Shown one piece after another: positions 15,938-25,866 of a stretch of 64,000 nt of DNA. The position numbers and the translations under genes were made by a program. Below the pieces are notes generated by a model. It was not told where the DNA came from and did no database searches. It was given only the letters and a program-made list of their open reading frames with translations. Numbering within the stretch: the stretch's first letter is position 1; each line of letters starts with the position of its first letter. This DNA comes from Actinomycetales bacterium (lineage in GTDB: Bacteria; Actinomycetota; Actinomycetes; Actinomycetales; Cellulomonadaceae), in the NCBI GenBank assembly GCA_038204895.1, contig JBBRCL010000006.1, positions 6,078 through 70,077 of the forward strand, in the 5' to 3' direction.

Positions 15938-15962
15938 TCCGGACGGCCGGCCGGTCAGCCGG

Positions 15963-17108
15963 TCAGCGGGCCTGCAGGTCGCTGCTCTCCGGCCAGGTCA
16001 GGCGGCGCCGCAGCCACAGGGCGAGGTAGACGAGCGCGACCAGGGCCGGGACCTCGATGAGCGGACCGACGACACCGGCGAGGGCCTGGCCGCTGGTGAC
16101 GCCGAAGACGCCGATCGCCACCGCGATGGCGAGCTCGAAGTCGTTGCTGGCGGCGGAGAACGACAGTGCCGTCGCTCGGGGGTAGGTCAGCTTGAGCGCG
16201 CGGGCGATGGCGAAGGCGCCGAACCACATGATCGCGAAGTACGCCAGCAGCGGCAGCGCGATGCGGGCGACGCTGAGGGGGTCGCCGGTGATGGTCTTGC
16301 CCTGCAGGGCGAACAGGACGACGACCGTGAACAGCAGGCCGTAGAGCGCAATGGGGCCGATCTTGGGCAGCAGCCTCGTCTCGTACCACTCCTGGCCGCG
16401 GAAGTGCTCGCCGAGGGTGCGGGTGAGGTACCCGGCGACAAGTGGGATGCCGAGGAAGATCAGCACGGTCTTGGCGATGCTCCAGATGGACACGTCCAGG
16501 TCCGTGGTCGCCAACCCGAGCCAGCCGGGCAGCACCTTGAGGTAGAAGTAGCCGAGCGCGGCGTAGGTGAGGACCTGGAAGATCGCGTTGAGGGTGACCA
16601 GGACCGCGGCCATCTCGCGATCACCGCATGCCAGGTCGTTCCAGATCAGGACCATGGCGATGCACCGGGCCAGGCCGACCAGGATGATCCCGGTGCGGTA
16701 GGCGGGCTGGTCGGCCAGGAGCAGCCAGGCCAGGGCGAACATCACCGCCGGACCGATCACCCAGTTCAGCAGCAGGCTCGCCGCGATCATCCGCCTGTCC
16801 GCGGTGACCAGGCCGATCTCGCGGTAGCGCACCTTGGCGAGCACCGGGTACATCATCAGCAGCAGGCCGATGGCGATCGGCAGCGACGTCTGGCCGACCT
16901 TCACCGCGTCGAGGGCGTCGTCCAGGCCCGGGACCAGCCGGCCGAGCAGCAGGCCGGCGACCATGGCGGCACCGATCAACACCGGAAGGAACCGGTCGAC
17001 CGTCGACAGCCGCGCCACGACGGCGGTCGGGTCCGCGGGGTCGGTCGCCACAGTCGGCGCCACGGCGGCATCGGGTGCTGCGGCGGTGGGATCGGGGCGA
17101 GTGCTCAT
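15963..17108 (-). CDS. acr3: ACR3-family arsenite efflux transporter
   Basis: LLMMYPVLAKV, GLARCIAMV, SNDFELAIAVAI, GVVGPLIEVP; ATG17108 overlaps arsR end. Confidence 0.94.
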   Translation of the reverse strand: MSTRPDPTAAAPDAAVAPTVATDPADPTAVVARLSTVDRFLPVLIGAAMVAGLLLGRLVPGLDDALDAVKVGQTSLPIAIGLLLMMYPVLAKVRYREIGLVTADRRMIAASLLLNWVIGPAVMFALAWLLLADQPAYRTGIILVGLARCIAMVLIWNDLACGDREMAAVLVTLNAIFQVLTYAALGYFYLKVLPGWLGLATTDLDVSIWSIAKTVLIFLGIPLVAGYLTRTLGEHFRGQEWYETRLLPKIGPIALYGLLFTVVVLFALQGKTITGDPLSVARIALPLLAYFAIMWFGAFAIARALKLTYPRATALSFSAASNDFELAIAVAIGVFGVTSGQALAGVVGPLIEVPALVALVYLALWLRRRLTWPESSDLQAR

Positions 17109-17428
17109 CCGCAGGGTCTCCTGGTCCGCCCGGCGGTCCGGGCCCGATCGGCAAGGCCGACGTACTGCGCGGTGAGGGCGTCCAGCGTCTCCGGGCACAG
17201 CCGGTAGTAGGTGAAACGTCCAGCCGGCTCGGCCTCGATCAGCCCGGCCTCGCGCAGCACCCGCAGATGGTTGGACACATTCGTCTGACCTGCCCCGGTC
17301 AGCTCCACCAGGTGGCAGGTGCACAGCATCTCGCCGGCGAGGAGTTCGACGATCCGGGCCCGTAGTGGATCGGCGAGGGCGCGGATCACCGTGCCGGGCT
17401 CTGCCGAGTCGGTCGGCGCTGAGATCAT
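17105..17428 (-). CDS. arsR: ArsR/SmtB family repressor
   Basis: ALADPLRARI, LCTCHL, SNHLRVLREAGL, C-terminal RRPC. Confidence 0.92.
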   Translation of the reverse strand: MISAPTDSAEPGTVIRALADPLRARIVELLAGEMLCTCHLVELTGAGQTNVSNHLRVLREAGLIEAEPAGRFTYYRLCPETLDALTAQYVGLADRARTAGRTRRPCG

Positions 17429-17434
17429 CCCCGG

Positions 17435-17457
17435 ACGATATCAGCGCGCAGTGATGT
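17435..17457 (-). promoter_or_regulatory. arsR -10 element and probable ArsR operator
   Basis: Inverted repeat ATATCA-N8-TGATGT (17438-17457) overlapping - strand TATCGT, 6 nt before ATG. Confidence 0.6.
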
Positions 17458-17577
17458 ATGAGAGGTCTCGCCGCCGCTGGAGCAGTTCGCACCGCTCGTC
17501 GTCGCGTGCTGGGCGCGGCGTTGCCCGAGCCCCCAGCGGTGCGCCAGGTGACGGCGCAACCCGGGAGAAGGGAGACT

Positions 17578-18249
17578 GTGCAGGTGGACGTCGTGATCTC
17601 GCCCAGCATCCTTGCCGCGGACTTCGCCAACCTCGAGCGCGAGCTGGGCCGGATCGCCTCCGCCGACTTCGCGCACGTCGACGTGATGGACAACCACTTC
17701 GTGCCGAGCCTGACCATCGGCCTGCCGGTGGTCGAGCGGATCGTCGCCGTCTCCCCGGTGCCGGTGGACGTGCACCTGATGATCGATGACCCGGACCGGT
17801 GGGCGCCCCCCTTCGCGGAGGCCGGTGCCGCGTCGGTGACCTTCCACGTCGAGGCCGCGCACGCCCCGGTGCGGCTGGCCCGCGAGCTCCGCCGGCTGGG
17901 GGCCCGGGCCGGGATGGCCCTGAAGCCGGGTACCTCCGTCGAGCAGTACCTCGACCTGCTCCCGGAGCTCGACCTGTTGCTGCTGATGACCGTTGAGCCG
18001 GGTTTCGGGGGGCAGAGCTTCCTGGACGCCGTGCTGCCCAAGATCCGCCGCGCCCGCGAGGCCGTCTCGGAGTCCGGCCTTGACGTGGCCATCCAGGTCG
18101 ACGGCGGGGTGACCGCCGCGACGATCGAGCGGGCGGCCGACGCGGGGGCGAACGTGTTCGTTGCCGGGACCGCGGTGTACGGCGCGGACGACGCCGCAGC
18201 GGCAGTGGCGACCCTGCGCGACCTCGCATCGCGGTCGCACCGGCACTAA
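17578..18249 (+). CDS. rpe: Ribulose-phosphate 3-epimerase
   Basis: [42 protein letters not shown]. Confidence 0.97.
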   Translation: MQVDVVISPSILAADFANLERELGRIASADFAHVDVMDNHFVPSLTIGLPVVERIVAVSPVPVDVHLMIDDPDRWAPPFAEAGAASVTFHVEAAHAPVRLARELRRLGARAGMALKPGTSVEQYLDLLPELDLLLLMTVEPGFGGQSFLDAVLPKIRRAREAVSESGLDVAIQVDGGVTAATIERAADAGANVFVAGTAVYGADDAAAAVATLRDLASRSHRH

Positions 18250-18321
18250 CCGCCCCCGGCGCTGCGCAGGGCCCCCGTTCGGCAGGTTGCGCTGTGGCAG
18301 ACTGGGCGACGAACGACACGT

Positions 18322-18461
18322 ACGTGCTCCGGGGTCGGTGTAAGTCCGAGCCGGCGGTGACAGTCCGCGACCCGTTCCGATGGACCAGTGGTCCGATCGG
18401 GACGGTTGACCTGGTGGAACTCCAGGACCGACGGTGAAAGCCCGGATGGGAGGAAGCACGT
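18322..18461 (+). ncRNA. FMN riboswitch (RFN element)
   Basis: P1 ACGTGCT/AGCACGT; GGGGTCGGTGTAAGTCCGAGCCGGCGGTGACAGTCCGCGA...GACCTGGTGGAACTCCAGGACCGACGGTGAAAGCCCGGATGGGAGGAA; precedes ribD. Confidence 0.93.
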
Positions 18462-18546
18462 GGCGTCGACCGGCGCATCCGCCGGTCTGCGTCCTGGCGT
18501 CCTGCGACGCCATAGCCCCGGAGCCTGAGCGCTCGGGGAGGGACGG

Positions 18547-19644
18547 ATGGTCCACTCGGCAGACCGGCCGGCCGGTGGTGCGCGCCCTGAGGTCTCCGGG
18601 TCGCCGGCACCCTCGGTGACGCCGGCCGAGCTTGACGCGATGGACCGCGCACTTGAGCTGGCCCGTCGGGGGCCCGTACACGGGCCGAACCCACGGGTGG
18701 GGTGTGTGCTGCTGAGCAGTGCGGGCGCCCTGCTCGCCGAGGGCTGGCACGACGGCGTGGGGACGCCGCACGCGGAGGCGGCAGCCGTCGCGGCGGCCCG
18801 GGCGCAGAACATCGACCTGTGGGGTGCGACGGCGGTCGTCACGCTCGAGCCCTGCAACCACACCGGTCGGACGCCGCCCTGCACGGAGCTGTTGCTGGCG
18901 AACGGGATCGCCAGGGTGGTGCATGGCCTGGACGACCCGGATCCGGTGGCGGCCGGTGGCGCGACCCGGCTCCGGGAGGCCGGCGTCGACGTCGTCGGCG
19001 GTGTGCTGGCCGACCAGGCCGAGGTGCTGCTGCGGGTGTGGGCGCACGCGGTCCGGACCGGACGTCCGTTCGTGACACTCAAGCTGGCGTCGTCGTTGGA
19101 CGGCCGCGTGGCCGCGGCCGACGGCTCGAGCCGCTGGATCACCTCGGCGCAGGCCCGGGCACACGCCCACCGGTTGCGGGTCGACGTCGACGCGATCGCG
19201 GTCGGCACCGGCACAGCTCTGACCGACGACCCCGCGCTGACGGCCCGGACCGTCGCCGGCGACCTCGCCCCGCACCAGCCGCTGCGGGTAGTGGTGGGCC
19301 GGCGCGACCTGCTCCCGGGCGCACGCCTGGACGGGGCGGGCGGTGAGCTGCTGCACCTGCGGACGCACCAGCCCGAGGAGGTCCTGGTGGCTCTCGCGGA
19401 GCGTCAGGTGCGCCATCTGCTGGTCGAGGGCGGTCCCACGTTGGCGGCGGCGTTCCTGCGGGCCGGCGCGGTCGACGAGGTACACGCCTACCTGGCGCCT
19501 GCGCTGCTCGGGGCCGGGCCGTCCGCCGTCGGCGACCTCGGCGTGCGCACCATGGCCGACGCCGTGCGCCTGACCACCGTCTCTGTGCAGCAGCTGGGTC
19601 CGGATGTGCTTGTGGTCGCAGTACCGATCCGAGAGGAGATCTGA
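18547..19644 (+). CDS. ribD: Riboflavin biosynthesis deaminase/reductase
   Basis: PNPRVGCV, HAE, TLEPCNH, KLASSLDG, VEGG. Confidence 0.96.
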   Translation: MVHSADRPAGGARPEVSGSPAPSVTPAELDAMDRALELARRGPVHGPNPRVGCVLLSSAGALLAEGWHDGVGTPHAEAAAVAAARAQNIDLWGATAVVTLEPCNHTGRTPPCTELLLANGIARVVHGLDDPDPVAAGGATRLREAGVDVVGGVLADQAEVLLRVWAHAVRTGRPFVTLKLASSLDGRVAAADGSSRWITSAQARAHAHRLRVDVDAIAVGTGTALTDDPALTARTVAGDLAPHQPLRVVVGRRDLLPGARLDGAGGELLHLRTHQPEEVLVALAERQVRHLLVEGGPTLAAAFLRAGAVDEVHAYLAPALLGAGPSAVGDLGVRTMADAVRLTTVSVQQLGPDVLVVAVPIREEI

Positions 19645-20243
19645 TGTTCACCGGGATCGTCGAGGAGGTCGGTACCGTTCTGGCGGTCGACTACGGGGGG
19701 ACCGACGCGCGGCTCGTGCTGCGTGGACCGACGGTCACCGAAGGCACCGGCGTCGGTGCCTCGATCGCGGTGGACGGGGTGTGCGTGACCGTCACCGATG
19801 TCACCGACAGTGCCTTCACCGTCGACGTGATGCCGGAGACCCTGCGCCGCAGCAGCCTGGGTGCCCTCGCCCCGGGAGACCGGGTCAACCTCGAGCGAGC
19901 CGTCCCGGTGACCGGCCGTCTGGACGGCCACATCGTGCAGGGCCACGTCGACGGGGTCGGCGTGGTGCTCGAGCGGCACCCCGGCCCGCGGTGGGACGAC
20001 GTCGTCGTCGGGCTCCCTGCGGACCTGGCCCGCTACGTGGCGGTGAAGGGGTCCATCGCCGTCTCGGGCGTCTCCCTGACGGTCACGAGTGTCGCGGCCG
20101 ACCGCTTCGGCATCTCTTTGATCCCCACGACGCTCGCCGGCACCACCTGGGGCGGCCTGACCGTCGGAGCGCAAGTGAACCTGGAGGTGGACGTGATCGC
20201 GAAGTACGTCGAACGCCTGCTCACAATGGGGCAGGACTCATGA
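19644..20243 (+). CDS. ribE: Riboflavin synthase alpha chain
   Basis: MFTGIVEEVG, SIAVDGVCVTV, GHIVQGHVDG, VNLEVD. Confidence 0.97.
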   Translation: MFTGIVEEVGTVLAVDYGGTDARLVLRGPTVTEGTGVGASIAVDGVCVTVTDVTDSAFTVDVMPETLRRSSLGALAPGDRVNLERAVPVTGRLDGHIVQGHVDGVGVVLERHPGPRWDDVVVGLPADLARYVAVKGSIAVSGVSLTVTSVAADRFGISLIPTTLAGTTWGGLTVGAQVNLEVDVIAKYVERLLTMGQDS

Positions 20244-21508
20244 CCATCCGCTTGGCAACCGCGCAGGAGGCTCTCGACGCCCTGCTGGCCGGTCGGCCGG
20301 TGGTCGTGGCGGACTCCCCGGACCGGGAGGACGAGACCGACGTGATCCTTGCCGCGCAGTCGGCGACAACGGAGTGGGTCGGCTGGACCATCCGGCACTC
20401 CTCGGGGTACATGTGCGCGCCGATGCCGGCGGCCCGAGCGGACGCCCTCGAGCTGCCGCTGATGGTGCCGGAGAGTCAGGACCCGCGCCGCACGGCGTAC
20501 ACGGTCACGGTGGACGCGGCCGACGGCGTCACGACGGGGATCTCGGCGGCCGACCGGGCGCGCACGCTCCGTGTGCTGGCGGACCCGGCTGCCGGGCCGC
20601 GGAGCATCATCCGGCCGGGCCACGTGCTGCCGCTCCGGGCGGTCCCGGGCGGCGTCCTGCACCGGGCAGGGCACACCGAGGCGGCCGTCGACCTGTGCCG
20701 GCTGGCCGGCCTGGAGCCAGTGGCCGGAATCGCCGAGCTGGTGCACGACGACGGGTCGATGATGCGCCTGCACGAGGCCGCGGCCCTCGCCGAGGCCGAG
20801 GGCCTGGTGGTGCTCACCATCGCCGACCTGATCGCCTGGCGCCGGGCGAACGGTGACGTGTCGCCGTCCGGTCTGCGGCCGGTGCCCGAACGTCGCGTCC
20901 ACCCGACCGGCAGCGCCCTGCTGCCCACGCGGCACGGGCAGTTCGTCGTGCACGGGTACCGCGACCTGCGGACCGGCGCTGCCCATGCGGCGCTGGTCGC
21001 CCAGCAGCCGAGCGCGCCGGCCGACGTGCCCCTGGTGCGGGTGCACTCGGAGTGCCTGACCGGGGATGCCTTCGGGTCCGTGCGCTGCGACTGCGGGCCG
21101 CAGCTGGACACCGCCCTGCAGCGGGTGGCCGTCGAGGGTGGCGCGGTGGTGTACCTCCGCGGGCACGAGGGCCGGGGGATCGGCCTCCTGGCCAAGATCA
21201 GTGCGTACGCCCTGCAGGACGCCGGCCGGGACACCGTCGAGGCGAACCTCGACCTGGGGTTCCCGGCGGACCGCCGGGAGTACGGCGCGGCGGCGGCGAT
21301 CCTTGCGGACCTCGGGATCACGCGGCTCCGGCTGCTCACCAACAACCCGGCCAAGGTGGCGGGGTTGGCGGCGCACGGCATCGGCGTCGAGGCGTCGCTG
21401 CCGATCGAGGTGGGCCGGACACCGGAGAACCTGCACTACCTGCGCACGAAGGCCCAGCAGATGGGTCACCTGTTGAGCCCCGAGACCTTCCGGGAGCACG
21501 TCCGATGA
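20240..21508 (+). CDS. ribBA: DHBP synthase/GTP cyclohydrolase II
   Basis: [19 protein letters not shown]; [31 protein letters not shown]. Confidence 0.95.
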   Translation: MTIRLATAQEALDALLAGRPVVVADSPDREDETDVILAAQSATTEWVGWTIRHSSGYMCAPMPAARADALELPLMVPESQDPRRTAYTVTVDAADGVTTGISAADRARTLRVLADPAAGPRSIIRPGHVLPLRAVPGGVLHRAGHTEAAVDLCRLAGLEPVAGIAELVHDDGSMMRLHEAAALAEAEGLVVLTIADLIAWRRANGDVSPSGLRPVPERRVHPTGSALLPTRHGQFVVHGYRDLRTGAAHAALVAQQPSAPADVPLVRVHSECLTGDAFGSVRCDCGPQLDTALQRVAVEGGAVVYLRGHEGRGIGLLAKISAYALQDAGRDTVEANLDLGFPADRREYGAAAAILADLGITRLRLLTNNPAKVAGLAAHGIGVEASLPIEVGRTPENLHYLRTKAQQMGHLLSPETFREHVR

Positions 21509-21972
21509 GCGGAGCCGGAGCGCCGACCCTGCACCTGGACGGGAGTGGCCTGCGGATCGCGGTGGTCGCCGCCAGCTGGCACGAGGTCGTGATGGACGGG
21601 CTCCTTGCGGGCGCCCAGCGCGGGCTCGCGGAGGCCGGCGTCACCGACGTCGAGGTGTTGCGGGTGCCGGGCTCCTTCGAGCTGCCGGTTGCGGCGGCCC
21701 GCCTGGCGGCATCGGGCGTTGACGCAGTGGTCGCCCTCGGCGTGGTGATCCGCGGTGGCACGCCGCATTTCGAGTACGTCTGCACCGCCGCGACGCTGGG
21801 GTTGACGGAGGTGACCGTTCGGACCGGCGTCCCGGTCGGCTTCGGGCTGCTGACCTGCGACGACGAGGCGCAGGCGCTGGACCGGGCGGGGTTGCCGGGC
21901 TCTCACGAGGACAAGGGCGCCGAGGCCGCGAAGGCGGCCGTCGCGACGGCGCTGGTGCTGCGCGGTCGGTGA
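21505..21972 (+). CDS. ribH: Lumazine synthase
   Basis: [31 protein letters not shown]. Confidence 0.97.
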   Translation: MSGAGAPTLHLDGSGLRIAVVAASWHEVVMDGLLAGAQRGLAEAGVTDVEVLRVPGSFELPVAAARLAASGVDAVVALGVVIRGGTPHFEYVCTAATLGLTEVTVRTGVPVGFGLLTCDDEAQALDRAGLPGSHEDKGAEAAKAAVATALVLRGR

Positions 21973-21998
21973 GCCTGTCGCCGGTAGGCTCTACCGAC

Positions 21999-22262
21999 GT
22001 GAAGACCTTCGAGTCCCTGTTCGCCGAGCTCACCGAGCGCGCCGCGACCCGGCCGGCCGGTTCGGGCACGGTCACCGAGCTCGACGCAGGCGTGCACGCC
22101 ATCGGGAAGAAGATCGTCGAGGAGGCGGCCGAGGTGTGGATGGCCGCCGAGCACGAGGATGCCGCGCGGGCCGCGGAGGAGATCTCCCAGCTGCTCTACC
22201 ACGTCGAAGTGCTGATGATCGCCTGCGGCCTGTGCCTGGAGGACGTCTACCGCCATCTGTAG
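21999..22262 (+). CDS. hisE: Phosphoribosyl-ATP pyrophosphatase
   Basis: [38 protein letters not shown]. Confidence 0.95.
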   Translation: MKTFESLFAELTERAATRPAGSGTVTELDAGVHAIGKKIVEEAAEVWMAAEHEDAARAAEEISQLLYHVEVLMIACGLCLEDVYRHL

Positions 22263-22322
22263 GGCTCGTCGCCGGACAGGCCCACCGCCGCCCACTCCTA
22301 CCACCCACGCCAAGGACCCACC

Positions 22323-23171
22323 GTGCTGCGCATCGCTGTCCCGAACAAGGGCTCGCTGTCCGAGCCCGCCGTCGACATGCTCCGGGAGGCGGGGTACCGG
22401 CAGCGCCACGACCCGAGGGTGCTGGTGCTGGTCGACCCCGACAACGACATCGAGTTCTTCTTCCTGCGCCCGCGGGACATCGCCGTGTACGTCGGTGCCG
22501 GGACCGTCGACGCCGGGATCACCGGGCGTGACTTGCTGCTGGACTCCGGCGCGGACGCCGTCGAGCACATGCAGCTGGGCTTCGGGGCGTCGACATTCCG
22601 GTTCGCGGCACCGGCGGACCGGGTGGCTGCGCTCGGCCAGGTCGCCGGGCGGCGGGTCGCGACGTCGTATCCCGTCCTGGTGGACGGGTATCTGCGCGAG
22701 CGCGGGATCACCGCTGAGGTGATCCGGCTGGACGGGGCGGTGGAGTCCGCGGTGCAGCTGGGCGTCGCGGAGGTGGTGGCCGACGTCGTCTCCACCGGCA
22801 CCACCCTTCGTGGGGCCGGCCTGGCCGTGTTCGGCGAACCGATCCTGCAGTCGGAGGCCGTGCTGATCCGGCCCCGGTCGCAGATCGAGGTGCCCCAGGG
22901 GCTCGAGGTGCTGGCCCGGAGACTGCAGGGCGTGCTGGTGGCCCGGCAGTACGTGCTGATGGACTACGACGTCCCCACCGCGCTGGTGGAGCAGGCGGTG
23001 GCGATCACGCCGGGACTGGAGTCCCCGACGGTCTCGCCGCTGCACAACCGGGAGTGGTCAGCGGTTCGAGCGATGGTGCACCGGGACGAGACGAACCGGG
23101 TGATGGACACGTTGTACGACCTCGGTGCCCGAGCGATCCTGGTGACGTCCATCCACGCGTGCCGCTTGTAG
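22323..23171 (+). CDS. hisG: ATP phosphoribosyltransferase, long form
   Basis: [35 protein letters not shown]. Confidence 0.97.
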   Translation: MLRIAVPNKGSLSEPAVDMLREAGYRQRHDPRVLVLVDPDNDIEFFFLRPRDIAVYVGAGTVDAGITGRDLLLDSGADAVEHMQLGFGASTFRFAAPADRVAALGQVAGRRVATSYPVLVDGYLRERGITAEVIRLDGAVESAVQLGVAEVVADVVSTGTTLRGAGLAVFGEPILQSEAVLIRPRSQIEVPQGLEVLARRLQGVLVARQYVLMDYDVPTALVEQAVAITPGLESPTVSPLHNREWSAVRAMVHRDETNRVMDTLYDLGARAILVTSIHACRL

Positions 23172-23194
23172 GCACCCGGCGGTACGAGAGCGGC

Positions 23195-23656
23195 ATGGCT
23201 GCGCACGACGACCCGACCCACCGACCGTTCCGGCCCCGCGCGGGCCGAGTCGTCCCGTTCGGCCTCGGTGCCGCCGTGCTGGCGATGATGGTGGGGATCG
23301 CTGTGTTTCTCCCGCAGATCACCGATGCTGCGGCCGGGGCCGGGGACCGGGTGGGGATGGCAGCGTTCGGGTTGCTGACCGCGTGGTTCCTGCACCGGCT
23401 GGGGGCCGTGCGAGCCGACCCTGACGACGCCGGGCTGACGGTGCGCAACATCGCGCACACCCAGCGGTTGACCTGGGTGGAGATCGTCTCCGTTCGCTTC
23501 GGACCGGACCGGCCCTGGGTCCAGCTCGACCTGGCCGACGGCGACACACTCGCGGTGATGGCCGTCCAGCGCGCCGACGGCGTCCTGGCTCAGGCGGAGG
23601 CGCGCCGGATGGCGACCCTCGTCGCGCTGCACTCGGCCACCACGCGAGACGACTGA
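23195..23656 (+). CDS. PH-domain membrane protein
   Basis: Two TM segments then bPH-like domain (LTVRNI..W.EI); conserved position after hisG. Confidence 0.8.
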   Translation: MAAHDDPTHRPFRPRAGRVVPFGLGAAVLAMMVGIAVFLPQITDAAAGAGDRVGMAAFGLLTAWFLHRLGAVRADPDDAGLTVRNIAHTQRLTWVEIVSVRFGPDRPWVQLDLADGDTLAVMAVQRADGVLAQAEARRMATLVALHSATTRDD

Positions 23657-23696
23657 GCGCACCGCCGGTCACGGTGCAACGGGGGGTTGGCCTGGC

Positions 23697-24812
23697 TCAG
23701 CGCGTCAGGCGGGCCGCGTGCACTCCGGCGACGGCTGCGGCGAGGAACGCCTCGGGATCCGCATCCAGTCCGCGGCCCATGGTCGACAACCGGACCGGCG
23801 TCCGGGCGAGGACGGACTCCAGCTCCGCGTGCACTGCCACCTCGACGAGCCGGTGACGACCCTGCGGCGCGCACAACGTTGCCGCCTGCCCGCGGATCAC
23901 AGCCCGCAGCGCGGACCGGTCGGGATCGTCGACCTCGCCGACCGGCACGACGACGTCCGCCGGCATGAGCGCCACCCGCCCGTAGGTGGTGAGCGAGTGG
24001 TGCGAGACGCCGTGGTGCCGAGGCCGCGGATCGGCACCCGAGACCCGCAGTGCGGCGATCGCGCGGCCCCCGAGCACCCCAGCGGCGTTGATGGCCTCAC
24101 CGGCGGCCACGCCGGAGAAGCCCCACCGGGTACCGGTGCCCAGGTTCCCCGGGCCCTGGGCGACCACCACCAGGTCGGCGGCGCACACCCGTTGCGCAGC
24201 GAGCAGCCCGGTGTGCACGGTGACCGCCTCCAGGTCGCCACCGAAGGCCTGGCCGACGGTGATGGACGCTTCGAGCCAGCCGGCTTCGCGCAGCGCGGCG
24301 ACGGTGCGGGAGAACCAGGCCGGCAGCGCCCCGCCGTCGGTCATCACGTAGACCACGCGAGGTACCGCGCGGCCCGCGACCGCGGCTGCCCAGCGTGCAC
24401 CGGCCACGACCGCGGGGAGCGAGGAGTGCAGGTCGGCCACGACGACCGGCAGGCCGCCCAGGTCGTCGGCTTCCCGGAGCAGCTCGTGGTGCACCGACTC
24501 CTGCTCGTCGACACCGAGCACCATGGCCTGCTCGGGCGTGTACCGGGCCTTGACCAGGTGCCCCGGGCCGGGCGCCAGGTCCTCGGGCAGGGTGTCCGGG
24601 CACGCGACCACCATCGCGTAGCCACCGGTCCCGAGCCCGCGGGCGAGCGCGGTGACGTTGAGGAGCACGCGTTCGCCCACCGCCGCCTGACCGACAAGGG
24701 CCGGGTACGCCAGGGCGCGGACCGGCCCTTCTGGAGTCTGCACCGCCAGTTCGTAGGCACCGGCCCAGGCCGCGCCGAGGGACATGACAGTGCCGCTGCG
24801 CCACGTGATCAC
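23697..24812 (-). CDS. DUF3866 family protein
   Basis: MITWRSGTV start, LGTGGY, KARYTPEQ, DLHSSL, MTDGGALP, GQAFGGDLE, RHHGVSHHS. Confidence 0.85.
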   Translation of the reverse strand: MITWRSGTVMSLGAAWAGAYELAVQTPEGPVRALAYPALVGQAAVGERVLLNVTALARGLGTGGYAMVVACPDTLPEDLAPGPGHLVKARYTPEQAMVLGVDEQESVHHELLREADDLGGLPVVVADLHSSLPAVVAGARWAAAVAGRAVPRVVYVMTDGGALPAWFSRTVAALREAGWLEASITVGQAFGGDLEAVTVHTGLLAAQRVCAADLVVVAQGPGNLGTGTRWGFSGVAAGEAINAAGVLGGRAIAALRVSGADPRPRHHGVSHHSLTTYGRVALMPADVVVPVGEVDDPDRSALRAVIRGQAATLCAPQGRHRLVEVAVHAELESVLARTPVRLSTMGRGLDADPEAFLAAAVAGVHAARLTR

Positions 24813-24846
24813 GTCAGCACGGTACCGGGCGCTAGCGTGTGCCGTG

Positions 24847-25866
24847 ATGTCTGACGCCCTGCCACCCGCCGAGCGGCTGCTCAACCTCGTCATCGCCCTG
24901 GTCAACACATCCGGCCGAATGACAAAGGAGCAGATCCGCACATCTGTCGCGGGGTACGACAGGGAGGGGAGCACTGAAGCGTTCGAACGGATGTTCGAAC
25001 GCGACAAGGAGACCCTGCGTGAACTGGGTGTGCCGATCGTCACGGTGCACAGTGCCGCGCACGGGGACGACGCCGGCTACCGCGTCGACCTGGACGCCTA
25101 TGCGCTGCCGCCGATGGAGCTCAGCGCGGCTCAGCTGGGCGTGCTGGGCCTTGCGGCGGAGTTCTGGCAGGACCAGACCCTGCGCGCGGACGCCGCACGG
25201 GCGCTCACCAAGCTGCGCGTGGTCGGCACCACGCCGGCCGCCACCGATGCGGTGGTCGGGCTCGCGCCCCGCCTGCACGCCGCCGGGCCCGCACTGGGGC
25301 CGCTGCTGGATGCCACGCACGCGCGGCAGGCGGTCGAGTTCACCTACCGCGCGGCGAGCACGGGGGAGGTGCTGCACCGCCAGGTGCAGCCGTGGCGGTT
25401 GATCGCCAGCCGTGGTGGCTGGTACCTGGTCGGGCTGGACACCGGCCGCGGAGCGCCCCGGGTGTTCCGGCTGAGTCGCATCGTCGGCGACGTCGCGGCC
25501 GTTGGCGCACCCGGCGCGTTCGAGGTGCCGCCGGACGTCGACCCGATGGCGATGCTGCTCGACTCCCAGCACGGGACCACCCGGCTTGCCTGGCTCGCCG
25601 TCGTCCCCGACCGCGCCGGCGCCCTGCGGTCCCGGGCGGTCGAGCCGGGCGACGAGGCAACGCCACGACCGGCACCCGCCGGCCGCGACCTGGTGGCCGT
25701 TCCGTACGACCGCACCGGTGACCTGGCCGACGAGATCACCGGCTACACCGACGCGGTGCTGGTGCTGGGGCCGGCAGAGCTGCGCGAGGAGGTCGTCCGT
25801 CGGCTGCGCGAGGCAGCGGCGATGGCCGATCGCGGACCCGGCGCACCTGGAGGCACGGGTGGCTGA
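24847..25866 (+). CDS. pafB: WYL-domain DNA-damage activator PafB
   Basis: ERLLNLVIAL, FERMFERDK, GGWYLVGLD, RVFRLSRI; alternative start GTG24844. Confidence 0.92.
   Translation: MSDALPPAERLLNLVIALVNTSGRMTKEQIRTSVAGYDREGSTEAFERMFERDKETLRELGVPIVTVHSAAHGDDAGYRVDLDAYALPPMELSAAQLGVLGLAAEFWQDQTLRADAARALTKLRVVGTTPAATDAVVGLAPRLHAAGPALGPLLDATHARQAVEFTYRAASTGEVLHRQVQPWRLIASRGGWYLVGLDTGRGAPRVFRLSRIVGDVAAVGAPGAFEVPPDVDPMAMLLDSQHGTTRLAWLAVVPDRAGALRSRAVEPGDEATPRPAPAGRDLVAVPYDRTGDLADEITGYTDAVLVLGPAELREEVVRRLREAAAMADRGPGAPGGTGG

Noticed and set aside
18372-18405. Extra long hairpin within the FMN riboswitch
   Set aside because: Falls in a length-variable RFN region; ordinary variation
20320-20345. RibB motif reads REDETD instead of RENEGD
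   Set aside because: Acidic catalytic positions and other motifs are intact; not evidence of inactivation
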